A stretch of DNA of 64,000 nucleotides, from IMG/VR virus record IMGVR_UViG_3300005253_000530; one strand, written 5' to 3'. The position numbers and the translations under genes are program-made. Each line of letters opens with the position of its first letter. Positions within the stretch are counted from its first letter, which is position 1. The notes under the pieces were generated by a model. It saw nothing but the letters and a program-made list of their open reading frames with translations. It was not told where the DNA came from and ran no database searches. Shown in pieces: positions 1 through 9,422 of this stretch. This DNA is from a virus. Its lineage: Duplodnaviria > Heunggongvirae > Uroviricota > Caudoviricetes.

Positions 1-397
1 CTCTCAAATTCTACTTCTCGTTTTTTATAAGGGAATATTTTACCACATTTACTACAGTGGCATCTTGTTGATATTAGTTCTGCTTGGGATTTTTTTGGCA
101 TCTTATTCTCCTATTGGCTAGCACCCCGGCTTATAGATAATTTTCTATTGTTTTGTATATAATACTCCATGTGTCTGTATTATAATGTTCTCGACTTACT
201 GTAAGATATATATGAGGCCCAAAATGACCATCATAGTCAATGTCAGATACACCATCGATGTCTATTAGTTGCCTATATAAAGGCTTTTCAGTGTCCATGT
301 CTTTACGCATGATATCTAATAGATTTTGTACTGATACTTCTAGTACATAATTAGTGGATGCTATTCGTGCTGTTATCATAGTAATCCTCTTTTCGTG

Positions 398-469
398 AGC
401 CGCTACGAGGACTCGAACCCCGTTCAGAGGTTTACAAAACCCCCGCTCTACCAGGTGAGCTATAGCGGC
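398..469 (-). tRNA. tRNA-Thr (anticodon UGU)
   Basis: Minus-strand cloverleaf GCCGCTA/TAGCGGC acceptor, D-arm TAGCTCACCTGGTAGAGC, anticodon stem GGGGU/ACCUC with loop UUUGUAA, T-arm CGGGG-TTCGAGT-CCTCG; read by eye. Confidence 0.75.
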
Positions 470-888
470 ATTTATTCATAGTCTTCTATGTATATTGTTT
501 TTACAAATGATACTACTTTTGTAGGGTGTGCAGAAAAATCTTTTAATACTTTGTCTTCAGCTACCCTTTCTGCTGCTTCTTCTTCAAAGTCTTCGACTGT
601 AGTGAATGTACTTTCCCATGTTCCGTCTGTAAAACATACAGCCACTTCAACATTGTGTTTTTTATAACCCATAGTAATTCTCCTTATAGTTTGCTCAAAT
701 CTATTTTTGAATCAAACCCTTTGATCATATTGCCTTCAAATATGGCAATAGATTCTTGTCCTAATGCTTTAGCCAATTCTCGTATACTTTGGCCTGCGAG
801 ATGTAATACTTCCGGGTCACCATCGGTCTCTCTTATACATACAACAAAATAGGCTTTTTCTTTTAACATGATGATTACTTTCCTTGTG

Positions 889-971
889 TGCCGATAGAGG
901 GAGTCGAACCCACACGCTTGTTAGGCACTGGTTTCTAGGACCAGCGTGTCTACCAATTCCACCACATCGGC
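889..971 (-). tRNA. tRNA-Leu (anticodon UAG), long variable arm
   Basis: GCCGATG acceptor, GGAATTGGTAGAC D-arm like bacterial tRNA-Leu, anticodon stem CUGGU/ACCAG loop CCUAGAA (C at position 33 is unusual), long variable arm, T-arm GGGTTCGACTCCC. Confidence 0.65.
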
Positions 972-1844
972 TAAATTTTTATTTATACATATCTTTCAGT
1001 TTTTTTAATAGTTTATCATCCTCCATACAATAGGGAGCGTTGAACGGCGTCATGACATTTAATAATAGTTGTACAAGTCTAAGATCGGGATTCTTGTTCC
1101 ATATTCTTTCTATTTCTTTTAGTATCTCTGGTATTCTTTTTGGATCTCTCATTTTTGATCCCCTTAGCTGACATAATTATTTCATCATAATTTTTATCAT
1201 CCGCTATTGCACCAGCAAATTCTCCGCCGATGTCTTCCATCCAATCTCCAAGATCTCCATCCCACATAGTGTTAAAAATATTGTCTTTTTTGTTTCCTTT
1301 TTTACCCACTATAGTTATGTTTACTTTTTTGATCGACATTTTAATTCTCCTTCATTTGAAACTTATTAAACCATTCTTCCAGTGTGTATATAGTTGGTGG
1401 AGATTCAAGCGGCGGGCATCTACCAGGACTAAACATACAGTCGCTAAATTCATGGTAGTAATCGTGAGATGCGAATCTAAGACCCATGAACATGAAATAA
1501 CCTCCTCTATCATACATAGTGCCACGGTTTTTGTAGATAGCTTTTGCCAGCTTCATAAAATCATATAAGCATTTCTTTTTTGATTTATATTCCAGTGGAA
1601 CAGTCATCTGTTCTTTGTGCCCGCCATCAACAACTGTACACCTCATTACTAGTTTCATAATTCTCCTTTATATACCCAGTAGCTTGTTCAATTTTTTAAT
1701 AGCATAATCATATTGACTTACATTTGCTGAGTATTCTGGATTCATAGATCCCATCATGTTTGCACCGTGTATTGCGTCCTTCTTTTCTTTCTTTATTTCA
1801 CGGATCATTGCTAATATCTTCTTTTCCATTTATAATCCTTCCTT

Positions 1845-1917
1845 TGCCAGCTCACGGAATCGAACCATATCCTTGGGTACTTCACGCCCTTATGCGGACC
1901 ACCTACACCAAGCTGGC
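1845..1917 (-). tRNA. atypical tRNA-like gene (good acceptor and T-arm, non-canonical D and anticodon arms; possibly Phe-GAA-like or pseudogene)
   Basis: Acceptor GCCAGCT/AGCTGGC perfect, U8, G18G19 present, T-arm UAUGG-TTCGATT-CCGUG; but D-stem does not pair and anticodon arm forms only GGG/CCC with a 9-nt loop CGUGAAGUA. Confidence 0.35.
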
Positions 1918-1925
1918 TTACATGT

Positions 1926-1999
1926 TCGGAGTAGTAGGATTCGAACCTACGGCCCTCGCGCCCCAAACGCGATGCGCTACCCGACTGCGCTATACTCCG
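1926..1999 (-). tRNA. tRNA-Pro (anticodon UGG)
   Basis: Acceptor CGGAGTA/TACTCCG, D-arm GCGC-AGTCGGGTA-GCGC, anticodon stem TCGCG/CGCGA loop UUUGGGG, T-arm GTAGG-TTCGAAT-CCTAC. Confidence 0.75.
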
Positions 2000-2007
2000 T
2001 TTATTTA

Positions 2008-2085
2008 TGGTCGGGGCGGTAGGATTCGAACCTACGGCCCTCGCGCTCCAGACGCGATGCTCTGCGCAGACTGAGCTACACCCCG
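2008..2085 (-). tRNA. tRNA-Pro-like (UGG) tandem paralog, genomically encoded CCA, atypical D- and anticodon loops
   Basis: Same anticodon stem and T-arm as the neighbouring Pro gene; loop UCUGGAG (C33); D-loop lacks GG; 3' end CGCCCCG-A-CCA encoded. Confidence 0.5.
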
Positions 2086-2856
2086 TTATATTTAACAACC
2101 ATCACCTAAATCTTTAGGATCTATACCATCCTCCCAATGATTATGATGTATGAATTCTATTTCATTTATTCTATGCCCGCCCACTCTATTGTAATCAAAT
2201 CCACCATCAACAAAGGTCTCAGCTGGGCAGCCACAACTTTGAAAATCATGACGGTACATTGAGTGTAATACTTTTTTACACGCTGGACATTTTATTTTTC
2301 CGCCTATAATAATTCTCCTTCCATTTTTTACTCATATTTTTACCACGATGCTCCAGCAGGATATTGTAAATAACATCCACATAGCGGGCATTCTACTTCA
2401 GTTATACTTTGCTCAATATTAAACTCAGTCTTACATTTTTCACAGCATATTTTTGTGCCTCCTGGAATATCATCAACAAAAAGCATATCTCTAACAAAAA
2501 GTATGTTTGGTTTGGTGTTTACTTTATTTGGTAGTCGAGATATTTTAACTTCATCGTGAGCAGATGGGGTTGCTTTTGACATAGCTTCATCAAATGTTGC
2601 AGCTTCCACATACCATGTTCTAACAACTTTAAGTTTAGCCATCCTAATTCTCCTTTTGTCTAGGTTTTTAATAGCTGTATTCTTTGGCAGTTGGCATTTT
2701 CCAAAAGATCAATGATCTCTTCTAGTGCTCTTACTTCTACTGTAGTTACGTCTGTGCCTAATATAGGCATAGCCACGCTTTCCATTTTTATCTCGTTCCT
2801 AATTTTTTCTGACATACTTTTTAATAATTCGATTCTATGCACTGTAATTCCTCCTT

Positions 2857-2929
2857 TGCTCCGACCGGGAATTGAACCCAGCTTTCTGCCTTGAGAGGGC
2901 AGTGTCCTAAACCGATAGACGACCAGAGC
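2857..2929 (-). tRNA. tRNA-Glu (anticodon CUC)
   Basis: Strong resemblance to bacterial tRNA-Glu (TCGTCTA...GGACAC, anticodon stem CTGCC/GGCAG loop CUCUCAA, T-arm CTGGG-TTCAATT-CCCGG). Confidence 0.7.
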
Positions 2930-3340
2930 TTACGATTTTTCAAGACTGCCCTGCAATCTTTGTATTACATGGACAAATCTTCTGTGCATACCATTAAGGG
3001 CTGATTTATACTCAGCGTCAGAATTGTAGTGATTATCTGCATTTAAGCATTTATCTAAGTGTAAGTCTGTGCAAGCTGAATCAAACAATTCTTTGAATCG
3101 TTTTTCTTCTATTTGTATAACTTTCATTTTAATTCTCCTTATAGACCATGCTCTTTTTACATATTGGGCACTCACTCAGTATTTTTTCACAGTTATCGCA
3201 GTCGCCGTGTTCGTCGCTATATGTGTACCCCGCTCCTTGATCCTCATCACAGTAACAATCTGAGACTTCCATCTTATGGTCATTGCCACAATTAACGCAT
3301 GTAATATCAAGAAGTCCTACTGACATGATAATCCTCCTTT

Positions 3341-3366
3341 TGCTCCGACCGATAGACGACCAGAGC
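3341..3366 (-). pseudogene. tRNA-Glu remnant (5' and 3' ends of the 2857..2929 gene joined, about 48 nt internal deletion)
   Basis: tgctccgacc|gatagacgaccagagc matches both ends of the tRNA-Glu(CUC) gene; the upstream RBS/gene-start context (aatcctcctttgctccgacc) is duplicated with it. Confidence 0.6.
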
Positions 3367-3658
3367 TTAATAAATCTTTTACTTTTACCAAATATTTGTT
3401 TCTTCTACATAAAGAACACTTCTAACGGGGATAAGTCTGTCACATGGGTCATCTCCTCCTGTTCCCCATTTTCCTATGACAAAAAAGCCTTGTTTACCCC
3501 ATCCCACTATTTCAACAGGGTCTATATTCCAATTGCGAGACCACTTGCTGCGTCCCCGCGCTTTATGTTTATCGTCAAAATATTGATATCCACAGTTATG
3601 CCTGTTTACCTCTACTTTTTCCCCGTTTATTAGTGTTAGCTTCATAATAATTCTCCTT

Positions 3659-3730
3659 TGCTTCCAGAGGGTATCGATCCCACTTCTGCGGGGTGAAGGC
3701 CCGCTATCCTAGCCAGTAGACGATGGAAGC
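3659..3730 (-). tRNA. tRNA-Glu (anticodon UUC)
   Basis: Acceptor GCTTCCA/TGGAAGC, Glu-type D-arm TCGTCTACTGGCTAGGA, anticodon stem GCGGG/CCCGC loop CCUUCAC, T-arm GTGGG-ATCGATA-CCCTC. Confidence 0.65.
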
Positions 3731-4131
3731 ATCTACTATATAAATGCTATACATATTAATGCGGCTATTATACTAATACCTATAAGTATAACAAGAACGT
3801 CATCAAATCCAAGTTTTCTTGGTTTATCCAATTCGTGAAAAAATCTATAATCTTCTGGATATATCATAATTTCTCCAATAAAAAAGGGATTCAGATTGTC
3901 TCTGAACCCCTTGGTGTTTTCTATGTTTCGTTTGTTTTATCCGGGATGTGGATCCGGATCCACCAAGGGATTTCCAATATGATTATCACGTTCTCTGAGC
4001 AAACTGGTGGCGGGCGTCCCTGTATATATAAATGAGACGGATAAACAACTCGGTTTTTGTTGCCTTAGTATGCTCGAAAACATTGTATCCTCCTTGGTTT
4101 AGTTGGTATTAATTTAGTATTGGTATATTAT

Positions 4132-4275
4132 GGTATATTAGGCCCTTCAGGTTTTCTACCACCACAAGGTTTTTTTGCTCCAGGGTCTGGATCAGTAATT
4201 GGTGGCCTCTTTATTGGTTTTTTTGTTCCATCGTCTGGTTCTTTTCTGTTTATTCTACCACCTCTTGGTTTCATT
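4132..4275 (-). CDS. small basic Pro/Gly/Lys-rich peptide (47 aa), strong RBS
   Basis: Own translation MKPRGGRINRKEPDDGTKKPIKRPPITDPDPGAKKPCGGRKPEGPNIP; preceded by AAGGAGGATACA-ATG; the identical RBS/start context is repeated at 4084 for a second small ORF. Confidence 0.4.
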
Positions 4276-4578
4276 GTATCCTCCTTGGTATTTTAGTGCT
4301 CTTTGTAGCACTCATATATATTATAGAACACAATTTCAATTTTGCTAGATTGTTTTTTGACTTTTTTCAAGAAAGGAGTTTGCCATCCAGCCGGTGTCTG
4401 TGCCAGCTGGACGACTTTGAAAGGAGTAAATCATGAAATAGAACAAATACCAAAACAAAACCAAGGAGTTACACCCCTTGTCACCAAATATTTTTATTTG
4501 GCCCACCCACTAAAATGTTATCCCGTTTTTTGTATGTTTTCTGCCCACCCACAAGTTTAATGTTATAGAGTTATAATG

Positions 4579-5259
4579 TTAGTTTTGTTTTCTATTATTA
4601 AAAGACACTCCTATGTAAGAAACGCCTTTTTCTTCTAATTTTTCGATACTCCATACATTGTTTGCTCCAGCAAACGTGGCAATAGATTCTAACTCATCTT
4701 TATCTATACCTTGTATAATTTCCAGCTTATCTTTTTCCTTTTCATCCATTTTTTCTATTGCCCGCTCGTTCTTAACTGCAAGCATTACATATGCATGAGA
4801 GCTATCTGTTCGTACTGATATGAGAGCTTCTTTAATAAGACTAGCTCTACTCATCATACATGGTAATCTTTCTAGTGAATCAGCTATTACAACAAAATCG
4901 TATGCTTCTATGTGTGGCTCTTTGTCATTACAATATGGTAAAAGAGGATCGAATACCTGTAAATCTATTTTGCTTGATATAGATATAGACATTAGATCTG
5001 ACAAGCACGAAGATTTTTGTGGTGCAAAAACTAATACACTACCAAATATAAGTTTCTTCTTAATCAATTCAGATAGTAATGATGTCTTTTGTTTCTTCTG
5101 GCCTTTTTTTAAGGAAACCCCGATTGCTTTGGCAAATTTTCCTTTATCTTTTTTATCTTCTTCGTGTTTTTCGTCATCCATGCGCCATATGTCTGTACTG
5201 TCTATAGTAAAAGGGCTACTATGACCATAATCAGATGAAGTATCGCTATATCTTCCCAT
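4579..5259 (-). CDS. hypothetical protein adjacent to DNA methyltransferase
   Basis: 226-aa ORF, 4-nt gap to MTase gene; no motif recognised. Confidence 0.5.
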   Translation of the reverse strand: MGRYSDTSSDYGHSSPFTIDSTDIWRMDDEKHEEDKKDKGKFAKAIGVSLKKGQKKQKTSLLSELIKKKLIFGSVLVFAPQKSSCLSDLMSISISSKIDLQVFDPLLPYCNDKEPHIEAYDFVVIADSLERLPCMMSRASLIKEALISVRTDSSHAYVMLAVKNERAIEKMDEKEKDKLEIIQGIDKDELESIATFAGANNVWSIEKLEEKGVSYIGVSFNNRKQN

Positions 5260-5262
5260 ATT

Positions 5263-6075
5263 TTAACCTTCCAGACCAGGAAATATTCTATTCTGATCAG
5301 TGTATTTTTGTATTCTCTTTATGGATCTGTTTGTATAGTCCTCACTAAGTTCGAAGCCTATCCATTGTCTTTCTAAAATTTCTGCTGCCAAACAAGTGGT
5401 TCCCATTCCTGAAAAGATATCTAATACTGTGTCTCCTTTGTAAGATAGCTGTTGTATAAGCCTCTTAGGTAGTTCTATCGGGAACATAGCAGGATGTTCA
5501 TACAGTTCATTCATACGAGATTCAGGAGCAAATTCCCATAAAGCCAGGCTATACTCAATAAACTCTTCCTTACTCACGGTTATATTTTCTTTCCGACCTG
5601 ATTTTTTTTGGCTTCCGTTACAAAATATCAGTATGTATTCAAAAGGGGTTGGAAATGAGGGATTGGATGGTGACTTCCAGCTACCCCACGCTGTTCTATT
5701 TCCTATCTGATTTTTGTTCCATATAATTACGGTCTTTATCAAATACCCCAACTCTTTTGTCATAAACTGAATGATATCTGTATGTGTAGGCACCGCCCCA
5801 TTTTTTCCGTCACCTATGTTTATGCATACTCTGCCGCCCTCTACCATTTTTGGCTTTAGAATGGCAAATATATTACATAGCCATCGTATATATTCTTGAT
5901 GATCTAAGTTATCGTTGTAAAGATCATATGGATTTTTATTGTACTTATTTTTTCCCAGATCTACATTATAAGGGGGACTACAAATAGTTATATCTATAGA
6001 TTCATCTGGTAGTTTGGGGATTAACTCTAAACAATCTCCACAGTGTATTTTATTTATCCAGTTTTGTATCGACAT
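5263..6075 (-). CDS. DNA methyltransferase, beta class (N4-cytosine or N6-adenine)
   Basis: Motif IV SPPY near N-terminus and motif I FSGMGTT near C-terminus (IV...I order). Confidence 0.8.
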   Translation of the reverse strand: MSIQNWINKIHCGDCLELIPKLPDESIDITICSPPYNVDLGKNKYNKNPYDLYNDNLDHQEYIRWLCNIFAILKPKMVEGGRVCINIGDGKNGAVPTHTDIIQFMTKELGYLIKTVIIWNKNQIGNRTAWGSWKSPSNPSFPTPFEYILIFCNGSQKKSGRKENITVSKEEFIEYSLALWEFAPESRMNELYEHPAMFPIELPKRLIQQLSYKGDTVLDIFSGMGTTCLAAEILERQWIGFELSEDYTNRSIKRIQKYTDQNRIFPGLEG

Positions 6076-6950
6076 TATATATATCTACCTCTTTTATCAC
6101 GATTTCTTTGTGCAGTGCCCCAATAGTATTCTAGATATTTGTTATCTATTAGATAATTAAATTTTTTATTCTTTCTTTCCATAAATATAGATGCATCTCT
6201 ATAAATATAATGGTAGAATGAAAGTATATTTTTTTTGCGTGTTAGAATAACATACCACAATTTATTTTTTGCTTTCTTATTCATATAGGGGGTGATTTGG
6301 CAGCCCTCCATACCTTCTCTTACTAGTATTTCTTTTATAAAAGACATAACACTTTTTGTACCAGCTATATTTAATATCGGAGCTGGATATTTAGATCTTT
6401 TTTGATACACAATAGATATACTACCGTCGCCATCAAAATATCCTCTTATAAAATGCTTTTGTAAGTTTACTGGTAATATTGTATCTTCTGGAAATGATAG
6501 TATCAAGGACTTTCTTGGCATACATCCTTTTGATATCAACGCTTTTACTAGTTTTTTGCTACCAATTTCTATTTGATATACATTAGTATTTTTAACAGGC
6601 TTAAATGGGTAATTTGAATTAAGACATTCATTAAATTTTATAAATATATCTTTGTCTCTTTTATGTTGTTTAAATGATAATGAATGGCTTGTGTCTTTTC
6701 TGATTCTTACACACCCATCAGCATATAAAAATCCTAGCCAATATGCTTTATGTTCTGTATTTATAGTTTCAAAATAAGTTTCATCTATTTCATATATTCT
6801 GGATGTATTCATCTCTATTTGATTTGAATACAATATTCTTCTGATAGGTGTTATAGATGTCTCTAGTATTTTGGCTACTTTGCGTAATGATCTACATTCA
6901 TTATATAATTTTATGACCTGCTTTTTATTCAATTCTATTATGGATGGCAT
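6075..6950 (-). CDS. LAGLIDADG homing endonuclease (two-motif, free-standing)
   Basis: Two LAGLIDADG motifs WLGFLYADGCV and FIRGYFDGDGSI; stop overlaps MTase start (TAATG). Confidence 0.8.
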   Translation of the reverse strand: MPSIIELNKKQVIKLYNECRSLRKVAKILETSITPIRRILYSNQIEMNTSRIYEIDETYFETINTEHKAYWLGFLYADGCVRIRKDTSHSLSFKQHKRDKDIFIKFNECLNSNYPFKPVKNTNVYQIEIGSKKLVKALISKGCMPRKSLILSFPEDTILPVNLQKHFIRGYFDGDGSISIVYQKRSKYPAPILNIAGTKSVMSFIKEILVREGMEGCQITPYMNKKAKNKLWYVILTRKKNILSFYHYIYRDASIFMERKNKKFNYLIDNKYLEYYWGTAQRNRDKRGRYI

Positions 6951-7079
6951 CTTTTACTAACCCCTCTTTGTTATGTAGGAGATGTTATAACATCCCCCCT
7001 ATAATAGAAAAGTTAGTTTATTGATAATATAATTTTGTGGCCAAATTCTCACTACGACCATGGTAGATATTATTTAGTT

Positions 7080-7496
7080 CTAACATATACCTATTACATG
7101 CCTTTCATCTATATATTTTAGTACACTGGTACAAATTGGACACTTCCAGGGAAACTTATTATTAGTTATGGTCACATAAGCAGCTCCCATGTCTCCAAAA
7201 CCAGTCATAGATTTATCTGTAGTAGCTTTCTTTAATGGGTTTGGGTAATATCTTTTGCTATTATGTTTAGAACATATCCAAAATCCAAAATTTTCATTAC
7301 CAAATATATTTTTCATAACTTTAGATGATATACTGGCTATATCCATTTTACTAGCACATAGGTGACAAAGCTTATCTTTGTCAAGTTCTTCTAATGAAGT
7401 AAAAATACCTTTCAGATAACCATTCATGTGTTCTACTTTAAGGTAGGCATTACACTTTATGCATTTATATTTTACTAGCATTGAATTTAATAACAT
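7080..7496 (-). CDS. Cys-rich zinc-finger protein, hypothetical
   Basis: Multiple CxxC pairs (CIKCNAY, CHLCASK, CPICTSV). Confidence 0.5.
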   Translation of the reverse strand: MLLNSMLVKYKCIKCNAYLKVEHMNGYLKGIFTSLEELDKDKLCHLCASKMDIASISSKVMKNIFGNENFGFWICSKHNSKRYYPNPLKKATTDKSMTGFGDMGAAYVTITNNKFPWKCPICTSVLKYIDERHVIGIC

Positions 7497-7511
7497 TTAT
7501 TACCCCCGCAA

Positions 7512-7548
7512 GGTGTGGGTGGGGGAGTTGAACCCCAACCCCCACACC
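7512..7548 (-). other. GC-rich tRNA-minihelix-like hairpin (acceptor-like 8-bp stem + T-arm-like TTCAACT loop), probable tRNA remnant
   Basis: GGTGTGGG..GGGG-TTCAACT-CCCC..CCCACACC; a second orphan T-arm (ATTGG-TTCAAGT-CCAAT) lies at about 7573-7600. Confidence 0.4.
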
Positions 7549-7700
7549 CCTTGCTGACATGAAAAAGCAATTGGACTTGAACCAATGACCGCTTACTAAG
7601 TATTCTCGCCAATACAATTTCCAACATTAACTTTTCAGCAGCTCTACTCTTCTGAGACTTACACTTTTCCTATATGAACTCTACAATGAGCAGAGTTTTG

Positions 7701-8102
7701 TTATAATTTTCGAGTGAATCCTTTGAGAAAAAAATCTCGGTTAGAATTATCGCAAGTACAGTTTGTGCTGTTCTTTATAACTGTTGCGACATTTCCACCT
7801 TCGATATATCTCTTTGTTAAATATCTATATTGTGACCACGATCTGCCACAATCTTTGCAGTACCAATCGAGTTCGTATCTATATCTGATATCTGTTGAAG
7901 AGATTGGTGTAGCTAGTTTCATTTCTGCGTGACGAACTACTGTCTTTGCTTTATGACATGTTGTACATGTATCCCCGACATGGTGTCTAATATTTTTTTC
8001 ATATACTTTTTCTATTTTTTCATGTAGTCCATAAACAGAATAACTTCCTGTTTTACCACATCCGTTACATATATATTGTACTATCATATCTTTTATTATC
8101 AC
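7701..8102 (-). CDS. Cys-rich zinc-finger protein, hypothetical
   Basis: CNGCGK, CTTCHK, CKDCGR motifs. Confidence 0.5.
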   Translation of the reverse strand: MIIKDMIVQYICNGCGKTGSYSVYGLHEKIEKVYEKNIRHHVGDTCTTCHKAKTVVRHAEMKLATPISSTDIRYRYELDWYCKDCGRSWSQYRYLTKRYIEGGNVATVIKNSTNCTCDNSNRDFFLKGFTRKL

Positions 8103-8449
8103 GGTAGGTCTTCCTTGCTCATATATGCTTCTGATTCTTTCATAGCATCTATTTCATGTTGCACTTCTTCCATATCATCTTTCATTTGTCTGCGAGCTTT
8201 AGCTGTAGCAATGTGCTTTCTTATTGTGTTGACTACGTGATTAAACAACTTTGGATTACCATTATAGAATAACCTGAGGTTTACATCATCTATTTTTTCT
8301 GGATTTACTTCTATGTTCTCAAGCTTTTCATCTACTAATCCTGATTCTTCTTCTCTAATAGATTCTTCAGCAAACCCCATGATACCACCCAATATTGCAG
8401 CATCTTGTATATCGAAGTCTCCATCATTATCAAAATCTAAGAAGCTCAT
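8099..8449 (-). CDS. acidic hypothetical protein
   Basis: 116-aa ORF, start overlaps upstream gene. Confidence 0.45.
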   Translation of the reverse strand: MSFLDFDNDGDFDIQDAAILGGIMGFAEESIREEESGLVDEKLENIEVNPEKIDDVNLRLFYNGNPKLFNHVVNTIRKHIATAKARRQMKDDMEEVQHEIDAMKESEAYMSKEDLP

Positions 8450-9422
8450 GATACTCTCCTATTATTTTCGGTGGGGCTATTTCGAACTTGACGATTAAGG
8501 TACGTTGCTTTTCCCTACTATAATTTCAGTACTTCCCTTCACCCGTACGCCCATGTTCACGCTTATCCCCAAACGCTTTAAAAAATATAAATATCCCGCC
8601 CCTAGCCCACTCGATCTCAATCCATGACACCACTCAATCAAATCAACGAGCTGCTACCCTCATTGGAATGAAACAGCACATACTAACGGCAAGTTACCCC
8701 GCTTTCTAGTATTAAGGTGTCGAATCATTATTGACTAAAATTTATTTAGGGACGCTCCTAGTCGTTATACAATAGATCATCGGTAGCGATAATAGAAAAC
8801 CGTTAGGTGTTCCGCACGATATCCTCCCAATTGTAAATACGTCCATCTTATATCTAATTTATTGTTTTACCTACATCTATAATGTTCAAATCACGGACAA
8901 CTCTCATTAAATCATCTTTTTCCTTTACTTTCATCACGAGATCTTCAGCCTTTGCAAGAATCATGGTAAGTATTTCTACTCGTCTATGAGATTCTAAAGC
9001 TTTAGAACACATTTGATGTTCAGGATTCCATAAGTCACAATAGTTTAAGGCACATTTATCACCCTTCATGGCTACACAAATTCCACTTCCATCCATAGCT
9101 TGCTCCTTACCAACTTACGCTGATTAAATAGTTTCCTGCTGGAATCTCTCCTTTTTTACATAAGTAACACAGCAGCATTCCAGTTTCATGGCAATCCCAT
9201 TTTTTTATTTCGAGCACTTTTTCCATCTCCTCTTCGTCCCACTTGTCTAACTCAGGCTCAACAGTTATACTCTTTTCCGAATCATTACTCATCTCCTCGG
9301 CTGCGACAAACTCATATTTTGGATCAAAACTGAATCTTTCCGTGAGAAACTCATCTAAGTCCCAACAGCTCACCTCAAGATACTTTTTTGTAGTTATTTT
9401 TAGCTTCATACTACTTTTCTCC

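Noticed and set aside
889-971. Suppressor tRNA / stop-codon reassignment hypothesis
   Set aside because: No tRNA with CUA/UCA/UUA anticodon found. Long ORFs (e.g. the 1163-aa RNAP) are uninterrupted under the standard code.
4080-4290. Possible CRISPR-like repeats (tgtatcctccttggt x2)
   Set aside because: Only two copies, each is an RBS plus start codon of a minus-strand mini-gene; no spacer-repeat periodicity anywhere in the window.
4342-4560. 72-aa plus-strand ORF in the 4.3-4.57 kb intergenic region
   Set aside because: Only plus-strand ORF in a completely minus-strand-coded window, no RBS. Region more likely regulatory: contains AGTGCT-CTTTGT-AGCACT and TCCAGC...GCTGGA hairpins and a GCCCACCCAC direct repeat.
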